From: Anthoceros angustus
Taxonomy: Eukaryota; Plantae; Anthocerotophyta
Reading direction: 5' to 3'
Length of the DNA: 64,000 bases
Assembly (NCBI GenBank): GCA_010909165.1
Contig: MU008193.1
Location: 420,376-484,375 of the forward strand
The position numbers and the translations under genes were made by a program. Shown here piece by piece: positions 37,801 through 51,105 of the stretch. A model generated the notes under the pieces. It saw nothing but the letters and a program-made list of their open reading frames with translations, had not been told where the DNA came from and did not search any database. Within the stretch, counting starts at the first letter, position 1. The number at the start of each line of letters is the position of its first letter.

Positions 37801-38219
37801 ATGGTTTCTCCTACTTATGTATTTGTTCAGATGTGGCATGTTTCTCCCTGAGGAGAGTGTGGGAGGAAATCCATGGAGTTACACATCTTTCCCTCATTTC
37901 CCTTTGAGAAGGACAGGATTAATGGCAATGAGCATGGTCCTTTCATCTATATGATCCTTGGAAGGCCATAATCCGCTTTTAATGATCATGACAAGGGCAA
38001 TGAACGGTATTTCCTACCCATGAAACTTGAATCTGGTTGCCTTAATCAGTGAAGATCGCTAATGTCCCCAACTGTTGCAATTGCCAATAAGTGATGGTGA
38101 CGGTAGAGGCGGGGAGCCCGTGATGTAAGGAAGGCCGTGATCATCATTTCCCTTTTCCGATGCAAGAGACATTGACGGTATGGCATAAGAATGTTGCCCT
38201 GCATTTATCCTTGGCGGCA

Positions 38220-38825
38220 GAACATAATGTCGTCGGCAAGGCGGTATTCCGACCATCAACTGAGACATGGCGGTGGATGAACATGCGTGAAATAAAATGA
38301 TGGCGGCGCATGGCTCACGAAAGTCGGACGTTGTGGCCTTTCATATCCGCGGACGCGCTTTGGCATTGAATCCTCGCCACTCTATGCCGCCCGCCAGCGT
38401 CACTCATTGCAATTTGCAAGCTTATGAAATCGATGGGAAAGCACGCCATGCTGCGTTTCACTTTAGGAGCGACTGAAAGATTCCGCGACCACGCCATGCT
38501 CGCGCGTGGCGGTCGGAATATAATGTCGTCGAGCACCGGCCAGCCGTTCACCGCCATCATCTCGGAGTCGTGGGAAACAAGTCTCGATTCGAAATAATGA
38601 AATGATGACACCGCATGGCTCGACAAGTCGGAGATGTTGACGCTTTCGTATCCTTCCGAGGCACGCGCATGGCATTGTAATCCCGCCTCCGCGCCGCCCA
38701 CGCCATCCACTCATTGCAATTTGCAAGCTTGGTCGTCCATGGAAATCGAGAGTCGGAAAGCCGCCATGCGGTTTCACTTTAGCGAACGGTCGACAAAAGA
38801 TTCCTTCGACCACCATGACGCACAA
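38220..38825. repeat. Diverged ~300-bp tandem duplication
   Basis: ATAATGTCGTCG, CGCATGGCTC and CACTCATTGCAATTTGCAAGCTT each occur twice (e.g. ~38401 and ~38708). Confidence 0.75.
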
Positions 38826-40849
38826 GTGGATGTCTCGGCGGACCTCTCACGAAATCCTTAAATGACCTTGCCCGCCACACATGTGGTGCGATGCTGTAGT
38901 CCTTCTCCGGATCACGGGCGCAAATGTGGAATAGCGGGGCACCACTCCCAACCCTTGCCCTCTCCTCTCTTATCTTGTTTCCTCGAATTGCCATGGCATG
39001 TAGCGAAACCAACGGGAGCCACCTTGGTGCGGTGGAAGGACCAATGTTTGATGTTCTCTCCATCTCCCGGTGGCCCTCTGTCGATGGCCATCAAGGAGCG
39101 TCGCTGCGGGCGGTGAACTCGCCTTCTCGGTGTGGGCGTGTCTGGTGCATGCAATTGTGGGGACCATTGCGGTGCAATGTGGAAGTCTATGCATGGTCCG
39201 ATCGCGTCGTCATCAATTCAGTGGGATGGAGGGTTTGCGGCACATCGCGAAAGCAACCCTCGTTTCCGGTGACTGTGTATCCTCTTCACCTCGTATGTGT
39301 TTGGATTCTCTTTATATGGATGCAGCATTCATTCCTCACCTCCCATATTCTTGAGGCATTGCGGTGTGTGGTTGACGACACCGCCGGCGGATGGCCATCG
39401 AGGAAGAGCGGTTCCTGTTCTGGCGATGGCCATCGGCGGCGATGACGGAGGTTGCTCTCCGGCAGCCATCAGGACGGCGTAGGTATGGTGCCGGCCCCAG
39501 CTTTTGCCGTCTCTTGGGCACGTCGTTTGCGAGGCGGCCGGTTATACCTCACATGGCGGGTGTACTCACCATTCTTAAAGGCGGCAATGCAAATGTGCTT
39601 GCTCACTTTGTACCACATGTTCTTGTCATCATCGTGCAATAAAAGTCGATGACTGTCATGTGCCAGCGGAATGGATGGATAGGGGTGCCCATCAATCGTG
39701 AGCAAACATGACATGTCACGCCGTCACGTCACTTATGTTTGGCGTGTCAATAGCGTGATGCCGATGGATGGATTCACAAACTTTGGGATCCTTTGCCGCA
39801 GCGGTGTTCCGGACAAGGCGGCATGATGTCCGCTCGACAATTATGCTGCAAGCGGATGGAGCCAAGAGGGCATGAAGGCGTGACTTTCGAAGCCTCGAAA
39901 GTCAAAGCGAAAGGAGGCGAGGGGAAGGTGGTGCACACCACACCGCCTTCACGGACCCTGGCGATGCAAAAGGAGAGGAAGGCGGTGGAGGAATCACTTG
40001 GTGTTGCGGCGGCCGATCCGTCTTGGCAGCACCGGGCGGGCAATTCGTTGGGAGGAAGAGGCCAACCGCATTCGAGCTACACTTTTGCATAGGCCACGAT
40101 CCGAGGAGGATTTCTGCGAACTTGAGTCGATTGTTTGGATAGAACCGCGTTGTGGGGCTTCACATCGGCCGGCCACTATGGTGAGCTACACACTCAAGAA
40201 TGGGCTTGGGATGCGGCGGAGAGGCGGCATGGAACGCTTGGGTGCCTTGCCTTTCACCGCAATGGCGCACGCAACATGGGAGTTATAGAGACTTTGAGAG
40301 CATGAGCTCTACACTATCCCTCGATGGAAGTGCAAATCAAGGAGGTGGACTACACCAAGGCGGCGCGTCGTCGACAATCTTAGATTGCCTTTCAATTCAA
40401 GCTTGCCAATTGCCATTGTCAATCTTTGAAGAAGTTGACCGGTTTGTTTAGCAACACGCATTCAAGTGCAACCGCTTGCGTCAGTCGATTCGACCGTTCT
40501 TGCCCACCGCTATGTGCACATGTCCTCCCTTTCAATAGCCGTCACCTATCCGCCGGTCGGTCAGCTCGAGGAGAGTTTGTGTAGGCCGCACATCACCAAG
40601 GTTCCTCCGCTGCCGCTCTCCGGTGGATGAACTTGGCTTTACGCAGGCCCTCTCCCGTGCTCAGCGGCTCATCGTCATGGTGCTGTCTCTTGGAGGGCCG
40701 TCTCGTTTGGAGTGCGCCGCGTGTGATGCACATACATGGCTTTACAAGTGCTCGTTGCGAATGGGTGATGAAATTAACGGTGGGAGGCTGCGGTGGCGTG
40801 GCGTCACGCTCTCATCTTTGTCACTTTTGCCTGCTGTCGCGACTCAAGG

Positions 40850-43720
40850 TGGACACGTGCAGATGCCACGATTTGCAAATGAGGTTTACATGTATTGTCC
40901 ATGCCGTCGGTGTGTGGAGACCTCTTGGATTCGGCACACATCTCAAGAACTTTTTGCGGCGTACTCACGCTCGGTGCCTGTGCCTTCCATTATTGCACTT
41001 CCTAATTTGCACTAATGTCGGTTTTGGCGTGGCGGCAAGTTTGGTCATGGGCGATGGCGGTGGCCTTGAGGCGTCTCTCCACGACGGACGGAAGCGAGCT
41101 CCGGGAGTGCGAAAGGGGCGGCGATGGCAATGGGGACCGACCAAGTGGCTCGGATGAGCATAGAGGGAGGCAGGTTGTGAAGACTCACATGCACTCTGGG
41201 CGACTTGCTAGAAAGCGGATCATGCACTTGGCGGGCGGGAGAAGAGCGCCCAGCCTGGCGAGGCGCTTTATACCACTTTGAGGAAGGACTAAGCGAAAGA
41301 GCGGCTAAGCGCCACACTATTGTTGTCTGTGGCAAACCATGTATGACATCGGTGACGTCGCATTGACCCTCTTAAAGCTCTTAAGTGTGGATTTTTGCGA
41401 TTCGAGCGAGCTCGAAGGACATATGCGAGGCCAAGTCAACTGTGCACCTATTTGGCCCCGAGATGAGAAAATCCATGCTTGTGAGAAAAGGCGTTATTGG
41501 GATACGGGGCAACCATTGCCCAAAGTGTGGGGCCGCAGTTCGAGATGGGTTTGATGAGCAGGCGAGTCCTCGGAAGGTCCTGGCATTTTCCCTTGAAATG
41601 GTAACGCATGTTTTGAATGGCGGAAATAGACATTGATGACTTGGTATGTCGGGAGGCAAAGCGAGAATGGGGACATGTCCATGATGGCGGATACCCGGCA
41701 TGGAGCACTAGATGCGATTGATGGTTTGATGAGCCGAGGAACTTGAGGTTAGCATTATCCATGACGGTTCAACCCGTTTGGCCTGGTCAAAACACGTCCA
41801 TATGGCGGTTTTGGTATTTGTGCACAACATGCCACCAGGCGCCAAAGGACGCCTGTCATCATGCCTCGATTGTGCGGGGGGATGGTTAAAATTTCGATGT
41901 ACATGGCACCCGGTAGATGAACTCGAAGAGTTATGGAGGGGTGGACATGGAAGATTTCTCAATGCCGATAAACCATCCTAAGAGGCATTTCAAGTTCTGC
42001 GTGATTCGCATCATTGCCGATTACCGGGTTGGGTACCACGGATTGCAAGTGAGAGCGGCGTGTGTCGATTCTTGGCGGACCTTGATTCTCGCTATTCCGG
42101 AGATTTGAAAAGCCCGTTTATGTCGGATCGCGTGGTGGCTACCTAATGGCGATGGCGGTGGGAGGATGCGGTGGTTTGATGGTGGCGGACCTCCGATCAA
42201 ACCAAAGCCGCCAACGTTCGATGATATTGTGACGGATATGGCACGCAGAGAAGCTGCGACACTGCAGACGTCCGTCGGGCAACTTTGGAACCGGTGAATG
42301 TCGTCCTTGTTGAGTCCGCCATGGCGTCACATGCTTGTGTGGGCGCCAAAGGATGTGATGCACGTGGAAAAACAATGCGAGGCCATATGGCACTGACGGG
42401 GAGGCGAGATGACATCGCATCGCATGGACATGGAAGCAAGCGGAGGGAAAAGATGGTTGTGGCACATGGTGACGATGGCCAATACCAGCGCCGTCGTTTG
42501 TCCAAATCGGACTTGAAGACCGTGATTGAGGGCATTAAACGCATCAAGCGCCACGGGCTATGGGTCCAACATAGCACTAAGGTGGAAGCGGGAAAGTTGG
42601 CGACTGAATGCCATGAGCACATTATGTTGGAAATCATATTCCCCATCGTCCTCCGGGGTGCATAGAGCGAGGTGTACAAGGCGGTTGTAAAGCTAGGACG
42701 CCTTCTTGGATTTGCCCGGTGATACGAGTCGGGACATCCAAGCACCAAGAGGCGATGAGGGTAATGTGCTCTGGAAGCAATTTCCCCTAAGATGTTTGAT
42801 ATATCAACCCACCTCATATTACACTTAGTGGACGAGGTGGCGCTTTGGGGCCAGTTCACACTAGGTGGATGTACCCGTGGAGAGATATTTAGGATCCGAG
42901 GAAGCGGTCGGCCCGAGACCCGAGTCCAGATAGCGGTGGGGTACATGCGTGAGGAGAGTTTGCATTTCGGCATGACATTTCTCCGCCGTTATTACGCTCA
43001 CGTGGGAGAAGCATGGATGAGAGCGTATGGGGAGAAGGTGCTGGGTGTCGGCCGTGCGTACATAATGGATGCCGTGGAGGCACGACAGGCGCACACATAT
43101 GTGCTGTATCACAGAGGTGATGCAGCCGTTTTTGGACATGTACGAGGAAGAAGTGAGGACATACGGTGCACAGGAAGGTCGGACTTTCGTGGATATACGC
43201 AAGAAGGGCTATGAGCGCATGGGATGGGCATCCTTGCATGACCCATGAAGTGACCGCAATCATGGATGGCCTGCGTTGCAAGCGGTGGCATAGTCACATG
43301 TGGAACAAAGGCGGCCACCTCGAGCGTGGAGGCGGACAAAGCGTCGCGGAGTACAAAGGATAGTGCGGTGTGAAGTTTATCATGATCTGGGGGTGGCGGT
43401 GAAGAGGAGCGCCCGTTCTCTACGCACATACTACTCGCTGCGGTCTCGCGAGTATCAAGCCAATTTTGTTGAAGGTTAGATGTACAGTGTCGGCCGGGAG
43501 GGACAAGGCCATCGATCGAAAGTCGTGCACGGTTGATATTGTAAACACGGAGAAAGTTTGCGCCAGTGCGCTCAATCGATGGTCCGTTTGTGTGGCCATC
43601 GTGGTGGTGATGCATCATCCGGAGGCGATGGATGGTAACATAGCCTGGGCCATCGCCGTGCCACGGGGATGGAGGGATGAGGAGGCGGGGAGGCATGTAG
43701 GCGCGTGGGTGGCCTAGGAC
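40850..43720 (+). pseudogene. CACTA TnpD-type transposase of copy B, frameshifted
   Basis: EVYMYCPCRRC (~40885); VFVHNMPPGAK (~41815); FDISTHLILHLVDEVALWG (42792-); EESLHFGMTFLRRYYAHVG; EKVLGVGRAY; HMWNKGGH. Confidence 0.92.
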
Positions 43721-46700
43721 GTCGATGGAGGGGCATAACTTTCCGGGAAGTGAGCAAAGTAACCAACGTCCTGCGCAAAACAACGTTGTCTTTAGTGGCG
43801 ATTCGGATGAAGGCGATGATTATCGCATGATATGCGCTTCGGATGGCCATCTGGGCAATATACTACATCTTTGTCGAATATAAAACACTGTGATTACGGT
43901 GGCGAAGTGCATAGTGAGGGCGTTGATCTCCGTGAAATAAATGACGACGCCTACTTTGCAAACAAAGGCTTTCCTATGAAGAGCTTTGAATTTTGCGGGC
44001 GACCTTGGCTTGGCAACTCGGAAGGCAAGCCAATGCCTTCATGGGGCGATGGTGCCCGAACGGGCAATGGCGGCGTGACGCGGAAGGAGTTTGGAGACAT
44101 TATCGCGCTAAACCCCAGCCGGGGCATCGCCCGCCGGCGTGCCATCCGTAGTGGGTGGGGAGGATGAGAGGGCAAGCTCGGATCGGGCTATCTCGGTCAT
44201 CCACCCACCTAGCCACTCCGATCCGAGGCGGCAGAAGGCCACCTCGTCCACAAAGGGACACGAGAGTTGTGAGGAGAGTGGAAAATGGCGGCGGACCAAT
44301 GGCGGTTGAGGACATGAGACGTGGAACATCCGGCCCGGCGAGGCGGACTTGGAGCATTGCGTCGTGAATTCAGCGTGGATGATGATGCTTTGCTATCAAA
44401 TGAGGTGGGTGTTTCGAGACTAGATTGACGAGCGTGTTCATGTGTAGACACGTTGATGCAATTTGTTTTGACGTTGCGGTGCACCTTGGCATCTTGGCGG
44501 TATTCATGCGGGAGGACATATGGAGGCAGCCCATGGCAACACGGGAGGTGGTTGGCGGCGAGGGCAAGAAAGGCGTGGGCGGGCAACCGTGGGCGGGGCC
44601 CTGCGGCGCCCGCGCACAACCGGATGAGGAATGGCGGCGACAATTCGGCGGGGAGGTGATGACAAGGGGGAGGCGTGTGCGGGGATCTTGATGGAGTGGT
44701 TTGTGAGGTGGACAACGATGCACGGTGACCTTGATAAAAGGAATGGCGTGAAATGGTGAAGGAGGCAATGCAAAACAAAGGACGAGGAGGGAAGGGAATC
44801 CGATGTTGTTCGGGGTCTCGAGAAGCAAACCTGAGGAGTGAGGACAAAGGTTGTGAATGAACGGGGAACATGGCAAGATGGCGACGTTAGGGGAAAAAGG
44901 CAGTTAGTGAAATCGGTGTCGGCGCCTTCCCGACCTGGTGGTGAAGTCCGGCATAAGCCGACACTTCGAGATGACTCGCACGCGCAATTCTCGATGTGTG
45001 GAGGCCGCAAAGCGGCATTAGAGGAGAGGAGAGGAGGGCGGGGAAGAAGCCGAGCATGGTGGACGAGGAGGAGTGGGAAGATGCCCTTGCACAGGCTCGG
45101 ATGGTGAAGCAGAAAGTTTGAGCCATTGTATGAACTTGCAGAAGAGAGGCCAAAAGCGGGGATGGGGCCAAACCCTTGGGGCAAAGGGAGGCGTCTGGAT
45201 GGGTGGTTCGTTTGAGAAGAAGCATGGTAGGTACCCAAGAGGAGGGAATATGGAGGCAAGAGGGCGATCTCCATGCAACCTCTGGGCGGTTCGCGATAAG
45301 GCGGTTCTGAGTTCATACATGGTAAGACATGGAATACATGAACCACCCGAGGTTCGAGGCTATTGCCGAGGAGAACAAGGGAAATGACTATTTTGTTGAA
45401 TGACATGGAATTGGAGATGGATCCAGATCGGTGGCATTTACGAAGGATGGAAGGCAGGGGAGCCTCGGAGGTGGTGGTGTGGATGTGGAGGGATAAGTAG
45501 GAGGAGGTGGTAGTGCATTGGGGAGAGGAGAGACATGCGAATGGAAGGGAGGCGGGCAGTGAACCATGAAGGTGGGATGGTGGGCGGAAAGTGTCAGGCG
45601 GAGGCTATCACGGCAACATCGTGGTGCGACACCACGATCACCCGATGGTGATGGACCATGCATGCACTGATAGTGTGAATGAAAGTGTGAGAAGATGTGT
45701 AGGGAGAGGCGGCGCCGTCGGACTGGGTGGTGCCGTCATCAAGTTCATGGCCGTAGGAAGGAGGACTTGGTATCTGAGTGGCTAGGCGGTTGAAGGAGGG
45801 TGTGTCAAGAGGGCAGCAGGCGTGTGTTGGGAGGTGCCGTCGCCGCTAGTGACGGCACATTGTGGACGGAGTTGGGGTCGAGGGAGGAGTGAGACATGAG
45901 GATGGAATGGAGGGCGGATGAGATTTACTCAGCGGGGAGGCAATTGTGTCGTCACCAAGGCATGCATGGGTCAGCGTGGGCTGCGAACAAATGGGGTGGG
46001 AGAGGAGGCGGTGGCGATGGAGGAGAGGGCGTCAGCCATGGTCGTGGTGGGGGCCAAAAGGCGCGTGGCCATGAGGTCGAGGGAGGAGAAAGAGGCGGCA
46101 GGGGGCAAATGGCGGCGATGGCGAAGACAACGATGGCGCAGGATGATGAGGCAGCATTGAGGCGTGCCTAACCGTGCAGACACATACAGCACACTCCGAT
46201 GGCATGGACCTCCACAATGAGGCCCCATTGGAGGCTACGCCACACGTGACAAAGGTGGAGGCCGAAGAGGAAAGCGGGGAGGTGCAGTGAGGCATCGGCG
46301 GGGCCGTGTGACCGGCCGCCAGTGGAAAGAGCGAGGATGGAAGGAGCATTGTGGGCAAGAGGTACATAAGAAAGATGGGTGCGGGAAGGTAAGCAATTGA
46401 AGGTCGTTGTGCACACCACTATCTGGACATGTCTTGAAGGGCATGCTGCGATGTATGTGTCGTGGGTGCGTGCAGAGGGCTGGCAGTGAGATGGATGCGA
46501 TGGAAAGGGCAAAGGTGGTCGCGGACGAACGCAAGAGGAAGGGGAGGAAGAAAATCGCAAAACAGGGGGGGTGTAGGAGGTTTCCTTCTCATGCATACGA
46601 TGAGGAGTAGGAAATTAGAAATGATGAAAGGCCATGTATGGAGGCAAAACAACCCACGCCGGCGCATAGCAAAATCGTAGGCAGAAGGACAAACTAGTAA

Positions 46701-47717
46701 ATCATAAGAAGGGTGGGCGAGCCATGGCAAGAAGCCGATGGGCATGGGGACAAGCCGGACATGCGCCCGCTAGAGAAGGTAGGTTGCGACAGGATACACA
46801 AAAATAGGCCGGGTGAAATGTGGGATGTATGTATCCGCGTTTTCAGAATGATGAATACAAAGTATAGTATCACGGCGTGTACAATTTATATGTGTGTATG
46901 ACGTATAAGCGTGTTTTATACAAAATGAAATATAACCGTATGTCACAGGAAATTATCGTATATGGTATTACCAATACCAAGATTCTACTAACATGTATGC
47001 ATACATGTATTTATTTATATGTATTCATACGAGGTAATAAGGAAACCAAGTATTCTATATGGTAAATGTAGTAAAGGAGGAAGGTAGATGGGGAGGAGGT
47101 TCGGTGCAAGCCTCCAAAAGTGTTACAAGACTTTTCTTGTAACACTTTATATGTTGCAACCTGTTGCAATCTTGAGAGAGGACAAAAGCGCCTCTCACTT
47201 CATCTCAACAAAATTGCAACACACTTGCAACATGGTTGCAACAAACACTCGGTTTGGTTTCCAAGCCAAAGTGTAACAAGCGGCCCAAAAGTGTTACATG
47301 ACCCCAAAATTGCAACATAAGTGTTACATCCAGGGGTCCAAATCTTAACATAAAGTGTAACATAGGCTGCCTTTTCTAGTAGGGAATGTTGGTCATTCGG
47401 ATGGGGAGGCTTTCATGCAGATTATGCCCTACAAAAGAAGTTGGCACAGTAGGTGAGGAGTGCCATTGAGGAGAATGTAGCTCTCCACATCCATGTGGGA
47501 GAGCTGACATTGGAGCAGAATGCCTATACGAGCAAGTGTGAGGACAGAGAATGGCCCAAGGGGATTTACGACTTGGAGATGCAATACCAGAGGTTGGGGC
47601 CACTCTCCACAACAAGATTGTCAAGGCAAAGAATGAGTCAGTACGCCTCATCACGAGGAGGTTGTTGGGTCCCCATGATGACGACACGAAAGAGCTCATG
47701 AAGATAGAACCGGGGGA

Positions 47718-47913
47718 CTTACACTTTGAAGATAGAAGAAGTACTAGTAGAGATGACTCCAAATGATCAGAGTGGGAGAAAGTTTCTGACGATAAAAGAG
47801 GACAACAAGAACAAGCTTACACTTTGAAGATAGAAGAAGTACTAGTGGAGATGACTCCAAATGATCAGAGTGGGAGAAAGTTTCTGACGATAAAAGAGGA
47901 CAACAAGAACAAG
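47718..47913. repeat. 98-bp tandem duplication (near-perfect)
   Basis: CTTACACTTTGAAGATAGAAGAAGTACTAGT...ACAAGAACAAG at 47718-47815 and 47816-47913. Confidence 0.95.
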
Positions 47914-47944
47914 GGGGCCTAAGTGGTGTCCCCACAGCCGAAGA

Positions 47945-48350
47945 TTGTGTCTTGCATTGACCTTGATGACCTCGTCTTTTTTTCCAATATCTTCACGACA
48001 AATGCTATAACATATTGTCTCATTGTCATCCTACTTATTTATCATTACATTTCCACCACAACATCTAACAACACTAGATAGTATGTCCATCCTATATAAT
48101 GTATTCAAGAGTTGTATATATTCTTTCTTATTTATTTCAGTCAGATATATCCAACCGTCGTGGTTCCTCTCAATATCATAAGCAACTCAATTGAGTAGTT
48201 GTTTCCGAGGTGGAAGATTACGAGGATGATCGAAACTCAACCAACCACTTATAAGATCCAAGTGATGGTCACTCTTTTTGCATATAACCTTTATACACCC
48301 CTAGATATGAAAGGCCAAGTTTTGTTTTCTTGTAGTAGGTACTACATCGA
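47945..48350 (-). pseudogene. Degenerate inverted copy of the RING-H2 gene and its upstream region
   Basis: Minus strand reads NVMINK*DDNETICYSICREDIGKKDEVIKVNARH, versus NAMINKYDGNETDSCSICLDNIEKDEEIIKINACGH at 50851-51105. Upstream DNA also aligns in inverted orientation with ~50550-50850. Confidence 0.75.
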
Positions 48351-48667
48351 TGTATGGCCTTCACAATACTTAGTGCAACAGTGATAAAGTGCCGAAAGAG
48401 AACTTTCCATGGTTGGGGTCCAAATTGCAAGGCATTGAAACACCACTTGCTAGGCAGGGCCTTGCATGCCTTTGAAGGGATCTTAGAGCCAATCCACCAT
48501 CTTCGCGTGAATGAGTCAAGGGTCCAATTCAAAAAGAGGTCATCATTCATTGGTGATGACTCCCAAGTGATACTTGGGCCTTATGAATCTCATTCAAAGT
48601 GTAAGTTTCTTTAATTCCGATCCAACAAATATTTTATAAACTACATGTTTGGGTTCAGTAACAACAA

Positions 48668-50223
48668 CGTCTGTTTAGAAAGGGGTTTCTCCTGAAACCC
48701 CTTTTTGCACACGGATGTGCCCGGACCCCTTTTTGCACTTGAAAAAATCCGCACTATAATTAGCCTTTTTGGTATTTCTCTGCAGACATGTCACCCGCAA
48801 CCTTTTGAATAATTGTTTTGATACACATTATTTGAGATTGTAGATTGCAAGTACGTGACAAAAACCTAAAGTCCCATTCTCGTTCGCCTTTTTCTTTCAA
48901 ACCGGACCACTTACTTATGCGCGCACCCATCTAAGCGGTCTCAACATCAATCATTGCGGTGTTGGACGATACTAAGCGTTTAGAGTTTTTAGGGCTTGCA
49001 ATTAGTGCGCAAACTTGTTTGCGCACCAACCTTTCATTCATACTCAATCCTAAGACTATACTCTCGCTCTGAATTTTTACAGACTTTGTTTTCTTAGACA
49101 TTGGGACAATAATATCTTCGTTGACCTGATATTCTTGATCCACATGCGATGCGAGAATGAGAGTGGCATAGTGCGCACTTGAGTGGGCCATAAGCGTCTC
49201 AAGATTCAAAAGATGCAAAAGGTTCTCACTACTAGTTCAAAGTTTTAACCACTAGAAAAAGATGAGGGTTAAGTAAAGATAAGAACATATCCACATTAGG
49301 GAGGTGCACAAAAAGGTTGAAAAGCGTCGAAAGGAACCCTTTAAAACAACAAAATATCAAAACAAATACAAAATAATTCAAAAATTGTCAAAAATTTTAG
49401 GGCAAGTCTTGCCTCAAAAAAACTGGACTTTTGTGATTTTTTAGGGTTTTAAGGGTTTTTAGACTTTTGCTCTTTTTCTTTGGATGAACGAGGAATGCAC
49501 TAGGAGGCATGAACCATATGGGTTCATGCTCCTAGGCCCTTCTTGACCTTGGGTGCGTGCACAGGCCTCCTGCCCAGTGCGGCACTGTGCGCACTTGAGT
49601 GGGCCCCCTGCCCCTGGTACATGCACTTGTTCACCATGGGCCCCCTACATGTTTGATGATAACCCGACTAGGTCATCACGAAAGAGATGGAAACAAGTAA
49701 AGGATAAAAGGGGATAGGGTGTTCTTCGTCGCATTAGGGCATAGGATAGATATATGAGGCGGTCTAGGTGAACCTCCTCCGATGTCTACTACTTGTTATT
49801 TTGTTGGGAGTTCCGGCACATCCTCAGACCTCAAAAAGGACATGTTTCCCCATTAGAAGATTATTTTTCGCGTTCTTTTTTGCACGGTCGTGCACAAGTT
49901 TGCGCATAAGCGTTGTTTAGACGCACTTATGCCGCCTAGCTGGTATACAAAACATACAAAACCACACAAAATGCGAAACTACGGACATGGCAAATTATGG
50001 AACAATGAGGTCACTAGCCCTTCATCACACCGACTAAATCGCCATGAACTGAGTACAAGGCGCCAATGCGGTGTAAATGACTCGACAGGAAGTGGTGCGG
50101 GATGAGAATGCGATGGATGAACACCTACAAAACCAACAAAACCAAACCAACGGTTTTGTGAAATAGGGTTGGGATTTTTTCCAAAACCCCTTTTGACAGG
50201 AGAAACCCCTTTCTAAACAGACG
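48668..50223. mobile_element. Non-autonomous TIR element (~1.56 kb) with perfect 27-bp TIRs
   Basis: CGTCTGTTTAGAAAGGGGTTTCTCCTG (48668-48694) and its exact reverse complement (50197-50223). No TSD or transposase motif found. Confidence 0.75.
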
Positions 50224-50239
50224 CTGTTTAACTTAAAGT

Positions 50240-50600
50240 ACTCTCGAGCCCATCTACCATCCAACTGCTATGTATGGATGTTTAATATACATTTGATGTA
50301 ATTATGCCTACTACAAAAAAACAAGCAACACGCAACATCACACTTCTATATATGCTATATATGGGGTTGTTTGTAATAATTATAGTTTCTACAACAAAAA
50401 CAAATAAGCTGACTTGGCATGTTCTCAGTGCATCTACCATCCAACTGCTATACATGGACGTTTGATATATATTTGATGTAATTATGTTCACCATAAAAAA
50501 TTAAGCAAGATTGAACCTTCTATATGTGCCAGTTATGGCCGTTTGTAATAATTATAGTATCTACTACAAAACAAAACAAGCTAACTCGGCATTCTATATG
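50240..50600. repeat. ~180-bp tandem duplication upstream of the RING gene
   Basis: CATCTACCATCCAACTGCTA at ~50251 and ~50431; TTTGTAATAATTATAGT at ~50370 and ~50542. Confidence 0.75.
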
Positions 50601-50850
50601 TAGGTAAGGTGTATCAAGGGTCTTATAAAAAGGGGCCATCAATCATTGGGCTTTGCAAACTTGCGGTTGGTGAAGTTCTCATCCTCGCAGGGTTCCATCT
50701 CAAGAACATTTTACAATTGACTTACTTTGGACATTGAGAGGAACTAGCAAGCGTGGGTTGAATGTAAATATTTGAGAGAAATAAGGGAAATACATTAGGA
50801 AAAATTGAAATACAGTATAGAGTGTTAAGTCAGCAACGCTTTGAATCACA

Positions 50851-51105
50851 ATGGACATGGCAACTAGTAGGAGGGAAATAATATTCAATGCAGCTGAATA
50901 TGCTGTAAATGCAATGATCAACAAGTACGATGGCAATGAGACAGATTCTTGTAGCATTTGTCTTGATAATATTGAAAAAGATGAAGAGATCATCAAGATC
51001 AATGCATGTGGTCACATTTTCCACTACGAACAATGTTTTATGCCGTGGTTGAAAATGAATCTTACATGTCCGAATTGTAGGGGTAGAATACTTTATTCTA
51101 CTTAA
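50851..51105 (+). CDS. Small intronless RING-H2 zinc-finger protein (84 aa; putative E3 ligase)
   Basis: CSICLDNIEKDEEIIKINACGHIFHYEQCFMPWLKMNLTCPNCR matches the C3H2C3 pattern. Uninterrupted ORF. Confidence 0.8.
   Translation: MDMATSRREIIFNAAEYAVNAMINKYDGNETDSCSICLDNIEKDEEIIKINACGHIFHYEQCFMPWLKMNLTCPNCRGRILYST

Larger units (their letters stand above)
33117..47384 (+). mobile_element. Complete CACTA/CMC DNA transposon copy B (14,268 bp), CCCTA termini, AAT TSD
   Basis: Perfect 29-bp TIRs CCCTACTAGAAAAGGCAGCCTATGTTACA (33117-33145) and its complement (47356-47384). AAT at 33114-33116 and 47385-47387. Subterminal TGTAACA/TTGCAACA repeats at both ends and an internal TnpD-type transposase. 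Confidence 0.95.

Noticed and set aside
44209-45406. Minus-strand ORFs of 220 and 300 aa
   Set aside because: No motifs; S/P/L-rich shadow of purine-rich plus-strand DNA inside CACTA copy B.
48657-50234. hAT assignment for the 27-bp-TIR element
   Set aside because: No 8-bp TSD (AGTAACAA versus TTTAACTT) and no transposase motifs.
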